A DNA stretch of 64,000 nucleotides, taken from NCBI GenBank assembly GCA_034086705.1, contig JAXDZV010000032.1:1865-65864 (forward strand). Reading direction: 5' to 3'. Both the position numbers and the translations under genes were made by a program. The notes beneath the pieces are model-generated. The model did no database searches, was not told the origin of the DNA, and worked only from the letters and a program-made list of their open reading frames with translations. This DNA is from Eubacteriales bacterium (GTDB taxonomy: Bacteria > Bacillota > Clostridia > Oscillospirales > CAG-272). Of the stretch, positions 10,164 through 18,418 are shown piece after piece; position 1 is the first letter of the stretch; every line of letters starts with the position of its first letter.

Positions 10164-11828
10164 TTATTCAATAGCAAACAGATAGCGATATACCGGCTGC
10201 CCGCCGTATAAAAACCCAATTTCCGCCTCGGCAAAGTAGGTGCGCAAAACCTGCTCCACTTCTTTTCGCTCCTGCACTGACACATCATCGCCATAAAATA
10301 CCGTGATAACATCTACAGGCAACGCCGGATCCAACGCCTGCACCAACGCCTGTATAGTTTCCAGGGGCGTATCCTGCGCGCATAGCACTTTTTTCTCGCA
10401 CAGTCCCATATACGCACCTTTGCGAATAATAACACCGTCCAGCCGCGCATCCCGTACCGCCTGCGCCACAGCAGCGCTACAGACGCCAAGCATCCCCTTT
10501 TCCATTTCAGCATAAAACTGCTCGCTGTCTGTCACAGAGGGATCCATCAGAGAAAGTGCAGCAAAGCCTTGTGCCATCGAGCGGGTCGGCAACACACGCA
10601 CCTGTGCTCCCTGCCACAGCTGTGCCGCTTGCTGCGCCGCAAGAATCGTGTTCGAATCGTTGGGCAAAACAACCAGCTGCTCGGCATCTGTCAGAGCAAA
10701 GGCTTGCAGAAATTCATCCGTACTTGGATTCTCCGTCTGACCGCCGCGTACCAATGCCGCTGCGCCCATGCGCAAAAACAACTCTGCCATGCCATCCCCC
10801 TGCACAGCAGCTACCACCGCAAAGCGCTGCCGCTCGCGTTCCGCAGGCGTCACCGCAGAGGCTGCAAGCGCACGGGGATGCGACGCACTGTGTTGCAAGG
10901 TCATGTTTTCTATTTTCACCGATAAAAACTCACCCCGCGCATGTGCCCATGCCAATACCTTTTCCGGAGAGAAGGTATGAATATGTATCTTCACCAGCAC
11001 CCCCTCGCGAACGGCAACCAAAGAATCTCCAAGGGCGCTCAGCTCCTTTTTTGCCTCTTCCATAGAGAAAGCATCCAAATCTACGCACCGCGGCATCAGC
11101 TGTAAGATACATTCGGTACAGTAGCCATACTGCATCTGTGCGTCATTCTCCAACAGCAGGTTAACCGTGGCACCATCGGCCGTAAACGGTTCGCTGCGGC
11201 GTGGTTCCTGTCCGAGCAGAGCAGCCTGCATCCCCTCAAAAATACGCACAACCCCTGCACCACCGCTGTCTACCACACCGGCCTGCCGCAAAACCTCCAA
11301 CTTTTCCGGTGTGCGTGCCAGCGACTCCCGCAATACCGGTAAAAGAGCTGCAAACAGCGTTTCAAAATCCGCGAACGCACCGGCGGCCGACAAAAATTCT
11401 GATCCTTCGCGCAACAGTGTCAGCATCGTTCCCTCTACCGGCTGGAATACCGCGCGGTAACTTTTTTCCCGGCCAGCGTCAAAGGCTTTGCAAAAATCGG
11501 CAGGCGTCATGTCGGAAAGTTCTGCCGCCCCATCTGCAAGACCTCGAATAAACTGCGAGAGTATCACCCCGGAATTTCCTCGCGCGCCAAGTAACGCGCC
11601 GCGTGCAAATGCACCCAGATATACGCCGACCGACTCCGTTTGCACGGCTTGTGCCGCCTGCACGGCGCCTTCCATCGTTTTTGACATATTTTTCCCGGTA
11701 TCTCCATCCGGGATGGGGAATACATTGAGCGCATCAATTGCCTGCATATCGTTTTGCAGGCATGCCCAGCCGCCCCGCAGCAGTGTATGCAGACGCACGC
11801 TGTCCAAAACCTGCGTTCTTATCGCCAT
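10164..11828 (-). CDS. fakA: DAK2-domain fusion protein YloV / fatty acid kinase FakA homologue
   Basis: 554 aa. N-terminal Dak2 domain with PIPDGDTGKNM, central and C-terminal YloV-type domains; directly downstream of two DegV genes. Confidence 0.8.
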   Translation of the reverse strand: MAIRTQVLDSVRLHTLLRGGWACLQNDMQAIDALNVFPIPDGDTGKNMSKTMEGAVQAAQAVQTESVGVYLGAFARGALLGARGNSGVILSQFIRGLADGAAELSDMTPADFCKAFDAGREKSYRAVFQPVEGTMLTLLREGSEFLSAAGAFADFETLFAALLPVLRESLARTPEKLEVLRQAGVVDSGGAGVVRIFEGMQAALLGQEPRRSEPFTADGATVNLLLENDAQMQYGYCTECILQLMPRCVDLDAFSMEEAKKELSALGDSLVAVREGVLVKIHIHTFSPEKVLAWAHARGEFLSVKIENMTLQHSASHPRALAASAVTPAERERQRFAVVAAVQGDGMAELFLRMGAAALVRGGQTENPSTDEFLQAFALTDAEQLVVLPNDSNTILAAQQAAQLWQGAQVRVLPTRSMAQGFAALSLMDPSVTDSEQFYAEMEKGMLGVCSAAVAQAVRDARLDGVIIRKGAYMGLCEKKVLCAQDTPLETIQALVQALDPALPVDVITVFYGDDVSVQERKEVEQVLRTYFAEAEIGFLYGGQPVYRYLFAIE

Positions 11829-11831
11829 GGA

Positions 11832-12722
11832 TCAGTTTCCTCCCTCGAGCTGCACCTCTTTGCCAAAGCAAAACGCAATGATTGTACCGGGCCCAACCGA
11901 GGCCCCAACAATCGGTGCAATGGTATTGATATAGACGTCCTTAAAGGGAACCGTATCAGTGATCTGCTGTGCCAACGCCTGCGCCTGTGCCTGCGCATCG
12001 GCATGCGAAACAAACAGCGTTTGCTGCTGCGGCTGCTCCACCGCCTGTGCAATCTGCGCCGCAATTTCCGCACGTGCATTCGCCGCTCCCTTGACTTTTT
12101 TAATAGCAACATTGCGGCCCAGCCGATCGGAAATCAAAATCGGCTTAACGCCGAAGATATTGCCGAAAAAAGCGGACGAGGCGGTTACTCTGCCGGAACG
12201 CCGCAGATACTCTAAATCTTCCACCGTGCCGCACTGATTCATTTGTAAGCAATGCTGTTGCACAGTCTGTGCCACCGCAGCGGCATCTGTCCCCGCATCA
12301 CGCAATGCCGCCGCCCATAGGCAAAGCGCTCCCTGCCCAAGGGAGCTAATCAATGTATCGACACAATAAATCTGTCCTTGCGGGTATTCTTCCCGCAAGC
12401 TCTGCGCAACCATCCGCGCCGTATTGACCGAACCGGACAGTGCACTCGAACACCCCAAATATACTACATCCTGACCCTGCGCCAAGTAAGCGCGAAACGT
12501 TTGTGAAAACAGCGCTGCAGATACCTGCGTGGTAGTGATTCGTTTCCCCGCGCGCATATAATCATAAAACTGCTGCGGCGTATGCGCCTGCCAATCCAGG
12601 CGCGCCGGATATTCCGTACCGTCCACGGTATACCCCATGGTCACATAGGAAATCTGCCGCTGCTGCAGCGTTTCCATGCGCAAATCACATGTTGAATCCG
12701 TCAAAATGACAAACGGTCTCAT
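11832..12722 (-). CDS. DegV family fatty-acid-binding protein (FakB-type)
   Basis: MRPFVILTDSTCDL..., SSALSGS, typical DegV length (~297 aa). Start at Met8 of the track ORF. Confidence 0.85.
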   Translation of the reverse strand: MRPFVILTDSTCDLRMETLQQRQISYVTMGYTVDGTEYPARLDWQAHTPQQFYDYMRAGKRITTTQVSAALFSQTFRAYLAQGQDVVYLGCSSALSGSVNTARMVAQSLREEYPQGQIYCVDTLISSLGQGALCLWAAALRDAGTDAAAVAQTVQQHCLQMNQCGTVEDLEYLRRSGRVTASSAFFGNIFGVKPILISDRLGRNVAIKKVKGAANARAEIAAQIAQAVEQPQQQTLFVSHADAQAQAQALAQQITDTVPFKDVYINTIAPIVGASVGPGTIIAFCFGKEVQLEGGN

Positions 12723-12762
12723 CTTCTTCCTCCGTTCGTGCACCGAGCCTTGGTGCTGTCTT

Positions 12763-13698
12763 TTATTTTCCGCTCAAAATCTGCGTTAGAATTTCCTTTT
12801 CTCGTACGGCCCTCTGTGAAGTCGGCATACCGAAATAGAAAGCTGCACAAAGCCCCGGTCCGATAGATGCGCCGCAGGCCTTTCCCAAATTGACAAACAG
12901 AATCTCCCGCGGATGAATTTGCGCACGGATTCGCTCCGCATAAGCCTGCGCAAGCGATTCGCGTGCAGAATGCGTGATAACAATGGTCTGCTCTGCCGGG
13001 TCTTCAATGGTTTGTGCAATATAGGCAACCGCCGAATCCAGCATGGCGCGCTTGCCCTTGCACTTTCCCATCACTTCAACCATACCGCGCTCATTGAAAT
13101 CCGCCATCAGTTTTAGCCCCAGCATGGACCCGAAAAATGCCTTTGCGTTGGAAACACGGCCGGTTTTAACCAAGAAAAACAAATCGTCCATCGATCCGGA
13201 TTGGTGCAGTCGATGCCGGCTTTGCTCCAAATCCGCCACTACCTGCTCCGCAGATGCTCCCGCGCGCTGCAACGCGGATGCCCGCAGCAACAGCGCTGCA
13301 ATACCGCCGGAATAACACAGAGAATCCACACAGTAAATCTTGCTACCCGGATATTTTTCCATTACCTCTCTTGCAACCTGTACGGTAACGGCATAGGTAG
13401 CACTTAAACCGCTCGAAAGTGACAAACTGATTACATCAACACCGGCAGCGGCATACTTTTCAAATACTCTGTGTACTTCTCCCACAGTCGGCGTAGAAGT
13501 TTTCTGCAGCACTTTGCTGCTGCCCATTTTCGCAAAGAAGGCTTTAATGGCCTCCTGCGGCTCATCCAAGTCAATCAAAGTCTCCTCGCCGCTTTGATCG
13601 TATATAATCCCATGCAGATATTCGGGAATGCCAAGGCTCTCTCGCTGTGCACGTGTCAAATCGCAAGCGGTATCCGGAATCAATACGTACTCTCGCAT
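12763..13698 (-). CDS. DegV family fatty-acid-binding protein (FakB-type), second paralogue
   Basis: MREYVLIPDTACDL..., SLSSGLSATY, 311 aa. Confidence 0.85.
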   Translation of the reverse strand: MREYVLIPDTACDLTRAQRESLGIPEYLHGIIYDQSGEETLIDLDEPQEAIKAFFAKMGSSKVLQKTSTPTVGEVHRVFEKYAAAGVDVISLSLSSGLSATYAVTVQVAREVMEKYPGSKIYCVDSLCYSGGIAALLLRASALQRAGASAEQVVADLEQSRHRLHQSGSMDDLFFLVKTGRVSNAKAFFGSMLGLKLMADFNERGMVEVMGKCKGKRAMLDSAVAYIAQTIEDPAEQTIVITHSARESLAQAYAERIRAQIHPREILFVNLGKACGASIGPGLCAAFYFGMPTSQRAVREKEILTQILSGK

Positions 13699-13922
13699 CG
13701 CTTATTTCTCCCCATCCTTTTTCTCTCAGATGCGTTCTGTGCACACCGAATCCGGGGGCATGCAAGCAACGCTTTGTTTCTTCAGTATAGCACAAGATAC
13801 GAACGCTTTCAACAAATTTGTGTCAAAAAAATGTTGCATTTGCGAAAAAAGGTGGAAATTTTGAAACAATCTGTTATAATAATAAGAAACAGGTGTGTTT
13901 TGCACACCGATTTTATGGAATC

Positions 13923-14906
13923 ATGAGGACTGCTATGCTGGTATGTTGGATTGTTTTTGGTATTGCCGTTTTGCTACTCAGCGGCATCGCCGTAATGCTT
14001 TGGAAAACGGTTCCCATCGCCAAAAAAGTTTATTTTTCTCAGCTTGTACGCGAAACGCCGGAAAAATGGGGGCGCGTCTGTTCTGCACCCGATAACCCCG
14101 AGCAGCTTGCTATGTGGAATGCCGGCTGTGCCTGGGCAGAAGAAAACCGCACACATATGCGCCCCGTCCACATTCAAAACGGGCAGCTTCGCCTCGCGGG
14201 CGAATACTACGATTTCGGAGCGGAGCGCTGTGTTATCATTCTGCCCGGTCGCTGTGAAAGCTTATGTTACTCCTATTACTTTGCGCCACCTTACGTCAAA
14301 GCCGGCTGCAATGTTCTTGTCATTGATACACGCGCACACGGGCAAAGCGATGGGATGTATAATACTCTGGGGCGCTTGGAAAGTGAAGATCTGCTGCTAT
14401 GGATGGACTTTGCGCAGCAAACGCTCGGCAATCGCCAAATTTGCCTGCACGCCGTTTGCGTCGGCTCCAACACCGCGCTGCTTGCAGCCATTAGCTCGCG
14501 TCGCCCGGAGGCGCTTTTTGCAATAATATGCGAAGGTTGCTATGTCTCTTTCCGCGAAACCTTCCGCAGACACATGCTCTATATTCATAAGCCGACCTTT
14601 CCCGTTTTGGACCTATGTATGTGGATGATCCGTCACTACGCAGGCACAAATGTGCGGCGAATTGCACCAATACGCTTAGTGCGGCGCCTGCAACTTCCGA
14701 TCTTATATCTGTTCGGCAAGCAGGATGCGTTCTCTGTGCCGTCTATGAGCCGTCGGCTTTTCCAGGCAACCAAAACACCCCACAAACAGATTGTTTGGTT
14801 TGCAAAAGGTACTCATTCCCACTTACGGCTTGCCAACACCGCACAATATGACCAGAGCGTTCTTGCATTTTTACAGGCGCAAACACGCAGCAAGGAGGTA
14901 TCATGA
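13923..14906 (+). CDS. Membrane-anchored alpha/beta hydrolase, apparent Cys nucleophile
   Basis: N-terminal TM MLVCWIVFGIAVLLLSGIAVML. The elbow position reads LHAVCVGSN (A-x-C-x-G rather than G-x-S-x-G), followed by GKQDAF and GTHSHL. Start at the internal Met (13923). Confidence 0.7.
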   Translation: MRTAMLVCWIVFGIAVLLLSGIAVMLWKTVPIAKKVYFSQLVRETPEKWGRVCSAPDNPEQLAMWNAGCAWAEENRTHMRPVHIQNGQLRLAGEYYDFGAERCVIILPGRCESLCYSYYFAPPYVKAGCNVLVIDTRAHGQSDGMYNTLGRLESEDLLLWMDFAQQTLGNRQICLHAVCVGSNTALLAAISSRRPEALFAIICEGCYVSFRETFRRHMLYIHKPTFPVLDLCMWMIRHYAGTNVRRIAPIRLVRRLQLPILYLFGKQDAFSVPSMSRRLFQATKTPHKQIVWFAKGTHSHLRLANTAQYDQSVLAFLQAQTRSKEVS

Positions 14907-16864
14907 ACAAAAGGGAATCCATCCGGGCGCTGATCCGGCATAAAATGCACACGCTGGAACAAGCGCAACCAACTATGGCAGCTGTTTATGCCGGTATGTT
15001 CGATCGCCCGCAAGCCATTGCCTGTGAAACAAACGACGGCTGCAATATCACGCAACTTTCCTATGCTGAAATGGACCGCCGCATTACAGCGTTTGCCGCA
15101 GCACTGCGGCAGAAAATCGGTGCGCTGCACACGTATATAGCCATTGCAATGGAAAACGGACCGGATTTCATCACTGCATTTTGGGGCGTGTTGCGCAGTG
15201 GCAATAAGCCTTATCTTGTCAACTTGCGCCAACCGTTCTCGATGCAGACACAGGCATTGGCACAGCTGGAAGTACAGTATATCCTTGCCACGGCTCCCGG
15301 AAAGCTCCCCGGCGAGTATCTCCTTTTTGCAGACTTGTCTGACACAAACACCGCTTCTTATGCCGCCGAATCCGGCACTTTTATACAGCAAGACTCCGCT
15401 GCGTTTGAAAATGAGTTTGCACTTTCCTCTTCGGGTACCGGCGGTGCACCCGCCGTTTGTATTTACGACGGTGCGTGTGTGCTTGCCCAGCTGCGTGATG
15501 CCCGTAAGATCCTACAAAAAAACCACCGCATGCAGCAGCATGCAAACGGCGCGCTGAAGCAGCTGGCTTTTTTACCCTTTTATCACGTTTTCGGCTTGTT
15601 CGCCGTCTATTTTTGGTTTTCCTATTTCAGCCGTACCATCGTATTTGTGCGAGATCTGTCGCCCGCCGTATTATGCGGCACAGCGCAGTTGCACGGCGTC
15701 AGCCACATTTTTGCCGTTCCGCTGCTCTGGCATGAAACAGAACGCCTCTTTTTACGGCAGCTGCACCAAATGCCGCCTGCGCAGCAAAAAAATTTCTGGC
15801 GTATACATTCCTTTTCCTTATGGTTGCAGCAGCTATTTCCATACGCCGGCGCCACCGTGGCGCGTATGCTCTTTCGCAGCGTAAACAACCGCCTGTTCGG
15901 AAATACCGTTCGCTTTTGTATCAGCGGAGGTAGCTATATCCGTCCCTCCGCATTGCGTCTGTTCAATGGGCTTGGCTATCCTCTGCACAACGGCTATGGG
16001 CTCACAGAGGCGGGGATCACCTCCGTCGAACTTACTGCCCGCCCCAAACGACGCCTGTGCGGGGCAGTGGGAATGCCGTTTGCCTCCGTGCACTACAGCA
16101 TTGCCAAAGATGGCACTCTCACCGTACAGGGTGATGCTGTTTGCAGAGAAATTCTGCATGACGGGATGCGTATGCAGACAAACAAAAGCATTCAAACCGG
16201 CGATATAGCTTACTTTGACGGCAAAGGATATTTTATTCGCGGCAGACAGTGCGACACCGTTATAACAGAAAGCGGAGAGAATATCAGTCCGGATGCGATA
16301 GAACCGCTGTTTGCTCTGCCGGATGCCTGCGCGCTGTGCCTGCTGGGACTCGGAGAAGACTCCGCGGAGCAGCTGACGTTGGTTGTACAAATCAGCCCGT
16401 ATCTTCCGCCCACACGTCTGGAAGCGCTGCGGCAAACGATTCTGCAAATCAATCATGCATTGCCGCTGCCGCAACAAGCACGCGCGCTTTTTTACACAAC
16501 CGATCCGCTGTTGCCGCCGCAAGCTATCAAAGTGAACCGTCGTGCACTGCGCCAAGGCATTCAGCAGGGTACTATCCGTCTGACCCCCTTCACGGCGCCA
16601 TCCGTCCCCCCCACAGATACCTTTGATCCGGATAGCCCGCTTGCATGCCGTGTGCGACAAATCCTGGCACAAGCTCTGGAAATCGAGGAAACGAAAATCA
16701 CACCGGATGCGCAGCTATTCACGGATTTAGGCGCTTCTTCCCTGCAATATTTTGCAGCCGTCAGCGCTCTTTCGGAGGCGTTTTCCCTGCAGAGTTTTGA
16801 CCAAACGGAGCAATATTGCTATACGCTTCGTCAACTATGCGATTATCTTGCAAAGCATCTGTAA
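14903..16864 (+). CDS. AMP-binding (adenylation) enzyme fused to a C-terminal carrier-protein domain (A-T didomain)
   Basis: SSSGTGGAPAV (divergent A3), NGYGLTEAG (A5), TGDIAYFDGKGYFIRGRQCDTVITESGENISP (A7/A8), IKVNRRAL (A10 Lys). The last ~80 aa form a carrier domain, FTDLGASSLQYFAAVSAL. ATGA overlap with the upstream gene; AAGGAGG RBS. Confidence 0.85.
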   Translation: MNKRESIRALIRHKMHTLEQAQPTMAAVYAGMFDRPQAIACETNDGCNITQLSYAEMDRRITAFAAALRQKIGALHTYIAIAMENGPDFITAFWGVLRSGNKPYLVNLRQPFSMQTQALAQLEVQYILATAPGKLPGEYLLFADLSDTNTASYAAESGTFIQQDSAAFENEFALSSSGTGGAPAVCIYDGACVLAQLRDARKILQKNHRMQQHANGALKQLAFLPFYHVFGLFAVYFWFSYFSRTIVFVRDLSPAVLCGTAQLHGVSHIFAVPLLWHETERLFLRQLHQMPPAQQKNFWRIHSFSLWLQQLFPYAGATVARMLFRSVNNRLFGNTVRFCISGGSYIRPSALRLFNGLGYPLHNGYGLTEAGITSVELTARPKRRLCGAVGMPFASVHYSIAKDGTLTVQGDAVCREILHDGMRMQTNKSIQTGDIAYFDGKGYFIRGRQCDTVITESGENISPDAIEPLFALPDACALCLLGLGEDSAEQLTLVVQISPYLPPTRLEALRQTILQINHALPLPQQARALFYTTDPLLPPQAIKVNRRALRQGIQQGTIRLTPFTAPSVPPTDTFDPDSPLACRVRQILAQALEIEETKITPDAQLFTDLGASSLQYFAAVSALSEAFSLQSFDQTEQYCYTLRQLCDYLAKHL

Positions 16865-16875
16865 GGAGATTGATC

Positions 16876-17535
16876 ATGAAGCCTCTGAAACGTCCGCTGC
16901 AGCGGGTGAACTATCCGGTGCTGCTCTTTACAAAAATTACGGGCGCGTTGCCAAGCTGGCTGTTTTTTCGTCCGCGTATTTACCGTGTGCCAGATGCGCC
17001 GCGCGGCAAGCTGCCCGGCGGCACACTGCTTGTGTCCAATCATACCTCTTTGCTGGATTTTGTTTTATATCTACTCATTTTCCCTTGGAATACCCTTCGA
17101 TTTCTCATTGCGGAGGTGCTTTTTTCGAAAAGCACCGTGCTCAGCCGGCTGCTGTATGCCCTGGGGGGCATTTTTGTGGATCGCACCTCGCATGATTTTT
17201 CCTTTGTGGCAGATGCCGTACGCGTGCTGCAAAGCGGCGGCATCGTAGGGGTATTTCCGCAAGGGCGCCTGCCAATCGGAGATACGCCCTTTCCCTTTCT
17301 GCCAAGCGCCGTCTATATTGCGCTTCGCTCCAATGCCACAATTGTGCCGGTTTATACCGCAGGCGGATATGGCCGCAGACGCGCTCGCGTTGTTATCGGC
17401 GCGCCTTTTTCGCTGCGCTCGCTGCGCAGCGGCAGCGATGAACCAGATCAGGCAGAATTGGCTGCACTGAATGCGATGCTGCAAGCACGCGTTATGGAAC
17501 TTGCGCAAACGCTGCCGCAGGAGAAAAAGCAATGA
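16876..17535 (+). CDS. Lysophospholipid/glycerol-phosphate acyltransferase (PlsC/LPLAT family)
   Basis: HX4D motif NHTSLLD, FPQGR motif, 219 aa, AAGGAG RBS. Confidence 0.85.
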   Translation: MKPLKRPLQRVNYPVLLFTKITGALPSWLFFRPRIYRVPDAPRGKLPGGTLLVSNHTSLLDFVLYLLIFPWNTLRFLIAEVLFSKSTVLSRLLYALGGIFVDRTSHDFSFVADAVRVLQSGGIVGVFPQGRLPIGDTPFPFLPSAVYIALRSNATIVPVYTAGGYGRRRARVVIGAPFSLRSLRSGSDEPDQAELAALNAMLQARVMELAQTLPQEKKQ

Positions 17536-18182
17536 AGACGTTGTTTTTGTTTTTTATGGATCTGGGCAGGCTGCTCTGTGCGCCGCTTTTACTTGTATTT
17601 CGCGTCCGTCGCATGCATTTGGACGGCTCCCCGGCACACACGCTCCCAAAAGGCGGCGCAGTCTTGGTGTGTAACCACGTCGGCTTTTCCGACCCAATGG
17701 TGCTCGGTTGCGCCTTTGCTCCGCGCCGTGTCTTTTTTCTGGCCGCTGAAGCGGTGATGCAGCCGGGCTTGCGCGGTTTTTTGCTGCGGCATGCCGGCTG
17801 TATCCGGATTGACCGCAACGCATGCGATATTGAGGCGATTCGTTCCTGCGTTCAAGTGTTGCAAGCAGGTAAACTATTGTGTATTTTTCCGCAAGGACAT
17901 CTGCAGCATAGCGGCGCACTCGATCAAATCAAGCAAGGCGCCGCCATGATCGCACAGCAGGCACAGGTGCCCCTGATTCCCTTATATACCGATAAGCCCC
18001 CGTCACCGTTTCGCCGTCGGGTACTGATTGTTGGTCAAGCGATTCATCCGCAAGACTACTGTTTTGGAAAATTCCCTCTCCCTGCGGAGCTGCGTACACT
18101 TGCAGACACCACACGCACGGGTATGTTGCGCTGCAAACAAGCATATTCCGCATACGCATATCAAAAAGGAGGCCATTCATGA
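17532..18182 (+). CDS. Lysophospholipid/glycerol-phosphate acyltransferase (PlsC/LPLAT family), second copy
   Basis: HX4D motif NHVGFSD, FPQGH motif; ATGA overlap with the previous gene. Confidence 0.85.
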   Translation: MKTLFLFFMDLGRLLCAPLLLVFRVRRMHLDGSPAHTLPKGGAVLVCNHVGFSDPMVLGCAFAPRRVFFLAAEAVMQPGLRGFLLRHAGCIRIDRNACDIEAIRSCVQVLQAGKLLCIFPQGHLQHSGALDQIKQGAAMIAQQAQVPLIPLYTDKPPSPFRRRVLIVGQAIHPQDYCFGKFPLPAELRTLADTTRTGMLRCKQAYSAYAYQKGGHS

Positions 18183-18418
18183 ACACTTTTGCAGAGTTGC
18201 TCGCATTGCTTAAAACCGTCTTTGCAGACGAAATTTCTTTGCAGGGGATTACCGAGCAGACCCCACTTAACACACTGGGCATCAGTTCCGTCGGATATTT
18301 ATACCTGGCGCTCGCCGTGGAAGAACGTTTCGGCGTGCGGTTTTCCAATGCAGATTTCGTTGCGTTTTCCACTGTGGGTGACGTGGTACGCCGCATTGAG
18401 CAGGGGCACGCGCAATGA
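18179..18418 (+). CDS. Stand-alone acyl carrier protein
   Basis: 79 aa, LNTLGISSVGYLYLALAVEERFGVRF (4'-phosphopantetheine Ser context); ATGA overlap on both sides. Confidence 0.8.
   Translation: MNTFAELLALLKTVFADEISLQGITEQTPLNTLGISSVGYLYLALAVEERFGVRFSNADFVAFSTVGDVVRRIEQGHAQ

Noticed and set aside
15833-16672. 279-aa minus-strand ORF inside the adenylation gene
   Set aside because: Antisense to a frame carrying ordered ANL core motifs. No RBS and Arg/Gln/Cys-rich composition.
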